Shown here: one piece after another, positions 54,631 through 64,000 of the stretch | Layout of the letters: the number at the start of each line of letters is the position of its first letter | How positions within the stretch are numbered: the stretch's first letter is position 1 | Assembly (NCBI GenBank): GCA_964016885.1 | Contig: CAXHJY010000928.1 | Location: forward strand, 682,001 to 746,000 | DNA from: Eledone cirrhosa | Taxonomy: Eukaryota | Length of the DNA: 64,000 nucleotides | Direction: 5' to 3' | Notes under the pieces: generated by a model | Database searches by the model: none | What the model was told of the DNA's origin: nothing | The model's input: only the letters and a program-made list of their open reading frames with translations | Position numbers and translations under genes: made by a program

Positions 54631-54757
54631 CTTTTCCTATCTGCACTTCTTCCTATTCATTATTATTTATTATTATTATTATTTAACTTATTTGTTGATA
54701 AATATTTTTATTAATATTAATATAAATCCTTGCATTGCCTGGAAAAAAAGTGGATTA

Positions 54758-55947
54758 CAGGGAAAAATGCGGGCGCATGTAAAGAAATATTCTTAAATTA
54801 ATAAACCTAGAAAAGTAAAGGACAAGTTATTACACCTGGAAAAGTAAAGGACAAGAAAACTTCTTCTTAAAACTTCTTAAAATATTGCAGCTAAAGTCTA
54901 AATTTGAAAAAAAATATTTAGATTATAAAACTAAAAATAAATAATTATAAGTTAATTGTTAAAAAAATATCACTTTAAAGGACTGGAAAAATGACTGTCT
55001 TATAGGGAGAGTTGACTACTGTATACTTAATTTTTTTCTTGGTGTATACAAATTAATCTTTTTAAAATAAAATTTGTACAATAATTAATTAATAATAATA
55101 ATAATTAATATGTACAATTTATTAATTTATGTTATAAGATATTTAAAAATTTTCACTCTTAATCAAATTATATTTTAAAAAATTTAGTTATAAAATAATG
55201 CAGTAAAATAAATCAAAAACAGTGCATCATATAATTGCACTTTTTATGAGTATTACAGATTTTTTTTATAATATAGTAAAATTCAACATCTCAAGGGGCA
55301 AAATAAGGTAAAAGTCAATTCATCAATTATTCATTTATAGTGAATCAATCAATTATAGTGAATTCATCAATTCATTAGATGAACTGTTGAATTAGACAAT
55401 GTTTAATTGTTAATTGTAGTCTAATTTTACTCTACCTAAAAATGTAGATTGGTTATTTTGATCTCTGACAGGTCTTAAATTTCATTATTAAACAATTATA
55501 ATTTGTTATTATTTATCATTACAGTTGGCTCCCTAATTAATTATTAATTAATTGTTAGTGTCATTTACACGCCAAAATTTTGTTTTATTTGATGTTTATA
55601 ATTGTCACTCATTTTTTCAGTCCCATTTAGTAAAGTAAAATAAAGTATATTTATTTAATGACCCAACCACTATAGTGTAAATTAGGATCACAAAATTAAA
55701 TAAATGATCATAAATTAGTATTATTATCAATTAGAGAGTCAACTGTATTATTAGAATTTATCACTTTCTATGTATATTTAAATCAAATATTTTTTATTAT
55801 TCAAATTTATACTATAGCTGCAATATTTTAAGAAGTTTTAAGAAGTTTTCTTGTCCTTTACTTTTCCAGGTGTAATAACTTGTCCTTTACTTTTCTAGGT
55901 TTATTAATTTAAGAATATTTCTTTACATGCGCCTGCATTTTTCCCTG
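54758..55947. mobile_element. Non-autonomous DNA transposon (MITE-like), Tc1/mariner-type ends, TIRs about 135-170 bp
   Basis: TA|CAGGGAAAAATGCGGGCGCATG...CATGCGCCTGCATTTTTCCCTG|TA. Arms are near-perfect and each holds two ACCT(A/G)GAAAAGTAAAGGACAAG repeats. Interior is AT-rich and non-coding. Confidence 0.85.
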
Positions 55948-56257
55948 TAATATATATATATGTATATGTAATTATGTAATATATCTAATATATATTTGTG
56001 AAATGGGCGGTGGTTGAAATTCAGATGTGCACGGTTAAATGGTAGTAGACGTGGTCGGACGGACATGGAAATTTACACACCTATATAAAAAGTGCCAAGG
56101 AAGCAAATAGATGAGGTTTCAAATCTCTAACTTGAAAAATGTGGTCCCTGGGGCCCCAAAACTATCGCGTTCGGTGAGTTATTTCCCCCTGTTCTAATAC
56201 TAACTCATCAATTTATTTCGCTGCGTTCTTTCGCAGCTTTCTTTCGCTGTTAACATA

Positions 56258-56945
56258 CAGTACCATTTTACGAAATGCCAATCCGAAAACGGTCACTGTT
56301 TTCCATCAAAAGATATAAAACCCTTAAAATGCGAAGAAGGGAGTCATGTTCTCAAGTACGTTTTTTCAGATATCATTTTCATTTTATTTCTAATACATGT
56401 TAGCCACCACTAACAGTAAGTAGTATTTTTCGATTCATTGTCTTATTTAAAATAACATATCAAAGACAACTTATTTCGCTGTTAATAAATTTTTGGCTAC
56501 TACAGTACGTTTCATTTTCATTTTTAAAATACAATTGCTCTATATTAAATTTAAATAATTCTATAACGATCATACAGTACTGTTTTATGAAATCTGCAGT
56601 AGAATTTTACGAAATGCCAAAACGAAAAAGGTAACTGTTTTCTAACAAAAGAAATAAAAACCTTACATTGCAAACCCCCTGTTCTAATACTGGGGTTAGT
56701 TATTTCCCCCGTCTTCTAATAAATATCTAATATATAGAGGCCCCTCTTGCTGACCAGGGCAATCAAAGTGTAAACTATCATACAGTACCGTTTTATGAAA
56801 TCAATTCTGCAGTACCATTTTACGAAATGCCAAACCGAAAACAGTCACTGTTTTCCATCAAAAGAAACAAAACCCTTAAATTGCGAAGAAGGGAGTCATG
56901 TTCTCAAGTACGTTTTTTCAGATATCATTTTCATTTTATTTCTAA
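56258..56945 (+). repeat. 136-bp direct repeats (56258-56393, 56810-56945) plus a diverged partial copy (about 56570-56670) in an unclassified, possibly Helitron-related element starting near 55984
   Basis: CAGTACCATTTTACGAAATGCCAA...CATTTTATTTCTAA occurs twice. A|TCTAATATATA motifs at 55984 and about 56726 resemble Helitron 5' ends. Confidence 0.8.
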
Positions 56946-57495
56946 CTAGCAGAAAACCACCCGATGGGCAGTTTTCTGCTAGCAAATCTAGTATATATAC
57001 TGATATTGTTGAGATTTGGATGAGAAATGTTTTCGGCACCACATGTTCACCGTCTCTCGGTGTGTCTTTTATGCATGTATAAATATTTGTTATCTATACG
57101 GTGAAATCTTTGAAATAAATATATGTTAAAACGAAAAAGGAGAAAAAGAGATTAGTGACGGAAATATAAACGTTATGATACATAAACGTTATGATATAAC
57201 GATGGAAATATATCTTCAAATGGTCCTTGGCATGGTGTCAAGTCAGAACCGCCTCGAACTGGTTACTTCTGGCTTGTGCAAGGTGTCTCTATAGCAACCA
57301 GCGATTCCCTCGGCCTAGTGATCAAAGTCAGTGGAGAGGGGAAGGTAATGTTTCTATAGCGACAGTGTTTCTCTTGGTAGTACCAAAGTGGAGAAAGGAA
57401 GGGGAAGGTAATATTTCTGTAGCACCTACATTTGAGTTTTAGGGAAGGACAGGCAGACAGACAGACAGACAAACAGAGAAATGCCCATATATTTT

Positions 57496-57500
<5 letters not shown>
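56946..57500 (-). mobile_element. Helitron H1, short non-autonomous copy (5' end not resolved)
   Basis: Minus-strand ...TTCTGCTAG|T terminus interrupts the 136-bp repeat exactly at A|T (intact copy reads TTTCTAA|TACATG). 57228-57420 is homologous in inverse to 60370-60690 of H3. (CAGA)n microsatellite present. Confidence 0.72.
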
Positions 57501-57526
<26 letters not shown>

Positions 57527-57554
57527 TACACACACAGAAATGTATATATATTTC

Positions 57555-57593
<39 letters not shown>

Positions 57594-57639
57594 CACACAC
57601 AGAAATGTATATATATTTCTGTGTGTATATATATATATA
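57490..57639. repeat. Palindromic minisatellite TACACACACAGAAAT-GTATATAT-ATTTCTGTGTGTGTA separated by (TA)n; resumes at 59908-59968
   Basis: Copies at 57527-57564, about 57592-57627 and about 59909-59944. Confidence 0.9.
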
Positions 57640-58145
57640 CTAGCAGAAGTACCCGGCGTTGCCCGGGTGTAAGTCGACCTTTGGTCTGTTAGAATGTGTG
57701 AAAGTTACTTTCCACGCATCACAGGTTCAAAACTTCGAACTTCAATGAAAAAAAATAGGTTAGTAGACACAGGTGTGTAATTTATTAATTGTAGTTACAC
57801 AGTGTATCGTTGAAATTGTTCTCTGCACGACTGACGGAAGTCAAAATCGCTTGATATTGAATGTTCAGTTAATTTAAAACAGGGTGAAACTGTTGATTAC
57901 TTTCAGGGTTCTTTTTTTTTTACAATTTTTGCGCTCACATGTGCAGAAGAAGAATTAAAAGTGCCTTTATCTTAACCGCAGCATAATGGCGAGTCTTTTG
58001 TGACTGTTTTCAAGAATATAGGACGTTCCTGTAAAAAGTTTTCCCATGTGTAACTTTGCCTTGTTTTTTTGCGCAAAGTCGAGCCCCGCTTCAGTTTTAT
58101 TGATTTTTTACATCAATGCGTGATCTCTGAAGTAGATTTGAGTAG

Positions 58146-58388
58146 CTAAAAACCTGTCCCGGTAAATTTGCTATAGGTGAAAAAAAGGTGATCAAAATTG
58201 TATCTAGGGTTATTGCCCTTTGTCACAGCCTCAAGCCTCGTCTGACGGGATGCTGGTGATTCCGCCGTCAGCGCTTGTTGGCGACGAAGGCGAACATCAG
58301 CAAGCCTTGTCGTATGTGATGTTGGTGACTCAACCAGCCGGGAAAGACGTCTATCAGCGAGTCGAGATTCGCGCTCAGCAGGTGTTTC
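58146..58388 (-). CDS. Predicted exon 2 of H2 mini-gene, ETPAERESRLADRRLSRLVESPTSHTTRLADVRLRRQQALTAESPASRQTRLEAVTKGNNPRYNFDHLFFTYSKFTGTGF*
   Basis: Branch-like GCTAAC about 27 nt upstream of a TTTTCTCTAG acceptor. 243-nt open frame with three E(T/S)PxxxxxRL repeats. Confidence 0.7.
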   Translation of the reverse strand, partial: ETPAERESRLADRRLSRLVESPTSHTTRLADVRLRRQQALTAESPASRQTRLEAVTKGNNPRYNFDHLFFTYSKFTGTGF

Positions 58389-58620
58389 CTAGAGAAAATT
58401 AATTAATTCTACTGGTTAGCTAAGCCAATGGCAGTGTCAATAGTAAATGAGAAAAGTCTAACATGAACAAAAGGGAATCAAGGTAAGACAAATTTAATAT
58501 AACTACGATTAGAATGTTGTAATTGCTTAAAAGTGGTGACAGTTAGGATAAACGCAGTACTTGCTAACATTAAGGGAGAATATTGCATAAAGGATTAATC
58601 AATTGTGAATGAACTCATAC

Positions 58621-58701
58621 CTGAGAACGCCTAATTCGTTGTCTCAAAGCAGTAGCTGTACCTTTTTTGGAAGTAAGTCTTGAACGTTTCCGTGTGGGCA
58701 T
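58621..58701 (-). CDS. Predicted exon 1 of H2 mini-gene, MPTRKRSRLTSKKGTATALRQRIRRSQ
   Basis: ATG at 58701, basic NLS-like peptide resembling the H3 N-terminus, CAG|GTATGA donor. Phase-0 232-nt intron joins exon 2 in frame. Confidence 0.7.
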
Positions 58702-59968
58702 AACGACGTGTAACGAAGCTGTAAGGTTAGAGATAGGTGATTTTCCTGGTTGGCCTTACACGCCGTTGCGCGGACCTGATTTTAAATGATACGCCTTATA
58801 TCCTGGTGAGCCTTATAGAGCGGAAAATATCTATTGGAAAAGAATACGAATTCATGACCAAGGTGTGACAAAATAGGCGTCTATACAGCGCCTGAAACAA
58901 ACTTGTCCAAAACCCTAGGATTTTTCTCGTTAAGTATCCACCCAAAAGGAACCGTTTTTTAGTTACAAAAAATAACCAAAGTGTATAGTAGCTATATTTC
59001 TGACATATCATGCCCAAAAGAACAATATATTAAAAAAATGTTCTAAAGTACATTCAATCTCTCTTTTTGACCGATATCTTAATAAGCAAGTTATCGATTT
59101 TTTTATTGGCTGTCAGTGTCTATCTGCATGCAGGTGTGCACGTGTGCGCAATTAATTGCAAATACGCTCATAACATTTAGTGGTAAGCAGAACAAAAAAT
59201 GCCATTAGAGGTGGGCTAATAATGAAGACACAAACCCTGGTGAACTTACGTTTAAACACCCGAAAAGTTACTCACTTCCTGTGCAAAAGACTGTATTATA
59301 AATTAAGTAATTTTTTAGAATCTTTTGTTTAAAAAAGGAAAACATTGGTACGACGTAAATGTTTTTACTTGTATTGTATGTGTACAACACAACTTGGTCA
59401 ACGTATTATTTATTAATTTTTTTTTCAAAAAGCATGATTATTTAAGACTGTTTGAAAATTTACTCACAGCTTTTAGGTTCACAAAAGACACCATTAAATT
59501 TGGTTCCCTTTTCAGATAGGGATAATACTGTATTTCCACTTGAATAAGGTGGAATATGAAAAGATAAACTCTTTAATGGTCGGTCGTTTACTGAGACAGC
59601 TGGGAAGACATGCAGCTGGCCGTCCAATCAATAACGCACGTCCTTATATGGGCATATGAAATTTATTTTTATTGCGCCAGATGTAAACTAAGAGTTCTTG
59701 TGTTCGAATTCACATAAAATTTCATTGGAATCGAAAAACATTCTGTCATAGGGCCCGATTATCGATTTTTCGAAAATGTCAAGTAACCTATTCCACTCTA
59801 CGCGTTGAGTTTTATATATGTGTGAAGTTTCATGAAAATTGGATGAACGGTGTAGCATGCAAGTTCGGTACACTAAACAATGTCCATCTTCCCTTTATAT
59901 ATATAGATTACACACACAGAAATGTATATATATTTCTGTGTGTATATATATATATTTCTGTGTGTGTA

Positions 59969-62900
59969 TCTATATATATAAAACAGAGGATGTGTGTGTG
60001 CGGATGCTACATTATTCGAGGTTGGCGTCTACACCGCTCGCCCGATCTCGCTCAAATTTGCATACATTACTCCTCATGACCCTTTACATTGCTTAGGCTA
60101 CTTTGTTTTTTGATAGGTCCCCCCCCTCCAGGGGTCCGCAATCCACCTTTTTGTCTATTTTGGGTGAAATCAGGAGATGAGGTTGCATTTTATGCACGCG
60201 TGAAACATTTTTTCTTTTGAGTTTTTTGACCCGGTTTTTTGCTAATATGGGTAGAAAAGAGTCTAAATTTTGTTGACGTACTCGAATCATTTTGAAATTC
60301 GGTCGAGAGTGAAGCTCGAGGTCGAATCTCCACTTCGTATATAGAGAGACAGGAATAACAGGTCTTATAGTAACATTACCTTCCCCTTCCCCCTTCTTTA
60401 GAGAGAGAGAGAGAGGAAGATAGAGAGAGAAGTTTTGGGTGTCACAGAAATATTACATTCCCCTCTCCACTTTGGTCAGTGAGCGAACCACTGTTGCTAT
60501 AGTAACATTACCTTCCTCCTCCCCCTTCTTTATTGTGCGAGGAATATAGAGAGAGACGTTGTTGGTGTTACAGTAACATTACCTTCCCCTCTCCACTTAC
60601 TTTGGTCTTTGAGACCGAGGGAACCACTGTTGCTATAGTTACAGCTTCACGTGACACAAACCAGTTCCTGCCAGTTCTGACCACCTGGCACCAGTTGAGT
60701 CAGTTTTTGCTTTCTTTCGGTCGAGAAGTGGACAAATTTTCGCCTTGAATCCCCCCAAAAATGTCCTGTACGGCTGGAGGTGGCAGCTTTTATTCTGTTT
60801 TGGCAAGACTGCTATCAAAAAATTCTGCAGACTCCTATCGTTGATTTGAGTGGCCTGCAAAGTTTTGGTTTTCAAACGCTACACTTGCTACTTGGTTAGG
60901 CTACTGTGTAGACGTGTGCTTCACTCTCACTGCATTACATTTTGTGACCTCACTTTCGGACTTTGCCATTCCCAGTACGTTTTTTTGTTTACTTTTTTCT
61001 TGCTTAAAATTGTAACAATTTGTCACTTTTTTTTTACCTTCCCCAAAATACTGCTTATCACCTTCGCTTTTTTGCCTTTGCTCTAAACCTGCTTCCCCTT
61101 TACTGTTTACTGTACTATTGCAACCATGCAACTGAAAAGAAAGAGTACCCTTAGCCGTAGGAAAACATCGTCTGTTGTTTCAAAAAAGAGGCGATTGAAT
61201 GAGCAGTCTACGGATGCCGGACTGCATTTTTGGCCACAAACCCCTGTTACTTCGCTTTCAAACTTAAGTACCCCTAGCACAGCCCAACCCAGCGCCTCTC
61301 TATCTACGGTTACCGCTTCGAATCGTGCCATTCGTAATTGTCGGAATGCAGTTGCAACAGCCGCCTCTAGGGCAGCAGAGAGTGACAGCCAAAGAGCTCT
61401 TCATAGGGCTAGGAATGCTGCAACTACTGCTGCTGCAAGGGCCTCCGAAACTAAACAGCAAACAGCCACCAGACGGTCAAAGAACGCTGCTTCAACCGCC
61501 GCCTCCCGACCAGGAGACAGCCATCCGAAGGTCCAAGGACTCCGCCTACAAGGCAGCTGCCAGAGCATCCCAGACCGAGATACAGACAGCCATCTGAAGG
61601 TCCCAGAACGCTGTATCCACCGCCGCCTCCCGTGCCGCAGAACATCAAACAGCCCGCCATGCTCGGTTGGACACAAACAACGCACGAAGAGACACCGCCA
61701 GAGGAACAACGAGTCCACATGAGTCATTTTGGCTTATGAAGGCTTTCAACTACGATCAAACAGTAAAATACTCCGACCGTACGGACATTCAACTAGGCAG
61801 GATGGATGTCATATGCCAATTCTGTGGTGCAGAGAAGTGGCCCGGAGAACCACCTGGCCTGTGTTGCTCTAATGGGAAGGTTTCACTTCCTCCTTTGGCG
61901 GCCCCTCCAGAACCTTTGCGAGAACTTCTTAGCAGAGAGACCTCTACGTCAACAGACTTCCTTGGCAACATAAGGAAATACAACTGCGCCTTCCAGATGA
62001 CTTCGTTCGGGGCCAAAATTGTCCGAGAAAGCGGGTGGATGCCAACCTTTAAGGTTCAGGGCCAGGTTTACCACTATGTCGGTCCTCTACAGCCTGCGCC
62101 GTCAGCGCAACCCGCCTTCCTGCAAATTTACTTCATAGCTGACTACAACAAGCAGGCTGACATGCACTCATCTGTCATCCCAGCTGATGGCACTAGAGAG
62201 AACCTGGACAGAGACGTCCTCCTTGCGCTGCAGCAAATGCTACACTCCGAAAACAGCTACGTGCAGAGCTTCAAGTACGCCTTGGAGACTACTGACCTGC
62301 CTAACTTCAACATTGTCATCGATGCCGACAAAAGACCATCTGGAGAACACGCCCGTCGATTCAACGCGCCCGCGTGCAACGAGGTGGCAGTTGTCCTTCA
62401 CGGAGACCAGCACAACCCCCAGGATATCGTCATATCCAACCATGCAACTGGCCTCCACAGAATACGCGAAACACACCGATCCTACGACAGCCTCCAATAC
62501 CCTCTACTTTTCCCCTGCGGCGAGGACAGCTACCACTTCAAGACTCCACACTGCCAGCCAAACCAGCCCTCCGTTGCTGCCGCCAAAACCGTGTCCTGCA
62601 AGGAATTTTACGCATACAGACTCATGCCTCGGAGAAACTGTTTCAACAGTTTGCACAGATCGCAGGACCTACTGAACCAATTTGCGGTGGATATGGCAGC
62701 AAAGATGGAGTCAGAACGACTGGCCTTCATTCGAACCCACCAGCAGCAACTGCGTAGCGAAAGCTACATACACCTGCAAGACGGCTTGACCAAAGACGGG
62801 GATCCCCGAAACATTGGCAAGGTCTGCATCCTGCCTTCTACCTTCACTGGAGGACCTCGGTACATGCACGAGAGGACTCAGGACGCCATGACCTACGTGC

Positions 62901-64000
62901 GGGCCTACGGCCATCCTGACCTCTTCATCACCTTCACGTGCAACCCGAAGGCGGATGAGATCACCCGAGAACTCCTTCCAGGGCAGTCATACCACCACCG
63001 CCTTGATCTCATAGCGAGGGCTTTCGAGAGGAACATACATGAAGGCATGTTGTGCAAAAGCCAACATCTTCGGCCTTGCTAGATGCCATACGTACACCGT
63101 AGAATGGCAGAAACGGGGCCTGCCTCACATTCATCTGTTACTGTGGCTGCAGAACAAGATCAACTCCAACGACATCGACAAATTTATCTGCGCAGAGATC
63201 CCCCAACCCTGCCACCGACAAAGAACTCTTCGACGTCGTCACGACTTCCATGATACACGGACCCTGTTATCCGGGTTCTAACCATTCGTGTCAGAAAGAC
63301 GGGATCTGTAGTAAGAGGTACCCTAGGAAATTTATTTCAGAGACCCAGACAGGGCACAACGGCTATCCCCTGTACAGGCGCCGGTCGCCTGAAGACGGTA
63401 GTTTTACTGCCATTGTAAGGGGCAAGCAAGTCGACAATCGATGGGTGGTCCCCTATTGTCCACTTCTCACTTTGACGTTCCAAGCCCACATTAATGTGGA
63501 ATTCTGTAGCTCAGTTAAATCGATTAAATATGTTTGCAAGTACGTCAACAAGGGCTGCGATTCCGCCGCATTCGCCCTCCAGTCCGACCGGGACGAGGTC
63601 AGTGAGTACCTATCGGCCCGGTACATAAGAACAAACGAAGCGTTTTGGCGAATTTTTGGTTTTTCTATCCATGAAAGGTACCCCAAAGTCACAAACCTGG
63701 CAGTCCACTTAGAGAACGGACAGCGGGTTTACTTTACGGCCGCAAATGCTGCTCAAGTTGCGGCTAACCCCAAAGAAACCACGTTAACCGCTTTCTTTAA
63801 GCTCTGTCACGTAGACGCTTTTGCAAGAACTCTAATTTACCCTCAGGTGCCGTCCTACTTCACTTGGCGCCGCAATAGCTGGGTACGGCGAAAAACTGGT
63901 AAGGCAGTTGAATCGCATCCCGGAGTTAAATTTTCTGACTGCCTCGGTAGAGTCTACACGGTTCCCCCAACCCAACCTGAGTGCTTTCACCTGCGCATTC
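59969..64000 (+). mobile_element. Helitron H3, autonomous-type element running off the window
   Basis: 5' A|TCTATATATATAAAACAGAGG at 59969, subterminal repeats (AACATTACCTTCCCC variants, four copies, 60370-60600) and a RepHel coding region. Confidence 0.96.
61126..64000 (+). pseudogene. Helitron RepHel transposase (NLS, 23-aa repeats, Zn-binding region, HUH/Y2 Rep domain); disrupted; helicase presumably beyond the window
   Basis: CQFCGAEKWPGEPPGLCCSNGKV, PDLFITFTCNP (about 62915), YTVEWQKRGLPHIH (63093-63134) and SIKYVCKYVNKG (Tyr at 63529 and 63541). Lesions: frameshift about 61510, TGA 61595-61597, frameshift about 63030-63050, extra C in run 63200-63204. Open from 63205 to the window end. 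Confidence 0.95.

Larger units (their letters stand above)
57640..59907 (-). mobile_element. Helitron H2, non-autonomous element with both termini (2268 bp)
   Basis: 5' A|TCTATATATATAAAGGG at 59907. 3' hairpin ACCCGG-N6-CCGGGT (57651-57668), then CTAG|T at 57640. Removing it restores the TATATA|TTACACACACAG junction of the host minisatellite, with no TSD. Confidence 0.93.

Noticed and set aside
58220-58402. + strand 60-aa ORF in H2
   Set aside because: Antisense shadow of the minus-strand exon, which has the splice signals and repeat motif.
61401-63692. Overlapping alternative-frame and antisense ORFs in the Helitron
   Set aside because: Expected shadows of a GC-rich coding region; only the RepHel frames carry recognisable motifs.

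Overview
Animal genomic DNA, not prokaryotic. The repeat families resemble those I associate with coleoid cephalopods such as octopus; that assignment is inference. The window is the interior of a + strand STIM (stromal interaction molecule, ER Ca2+ sensor) gene. Three GT-AG exons (41612-41692, 44134-44301, 53687-53787) splice in frame into the CC1 end and the SOAR/CAD Orai-activating region. Everything else is intronic: a >41-kb array of a 56-bp satellite with kb-scale higher-order duplications, a (CTT)n tract, a deleted piggyBac, an inverted pair of tRNA-derived SINEs bracketing two exons, a 4-kb 20-bp GT-rich minisatellite, inverted RTE-type LINE fragments, a tRNA-like gene with an odd GGC anticodon, a Tc1/mariner-like MITE and a nest of at least three Helitrons. 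Best leads: (1) a spliced 107-aa NLS + STPR-like mini-gene, missed by the ORF track, inside a non-autonomous Helitron sitting 5'-to-5' with a disrupted autonomous-type Helitron; (2) inverted SINEs around two phase-0 exons totalling 249 nt, which would make a stop-free circRNA; (3) STIM2-like and other substitutions at the SOAR apex; (4) the giant satellite intron. All coordinates and identities were read by eye and no searches were run.
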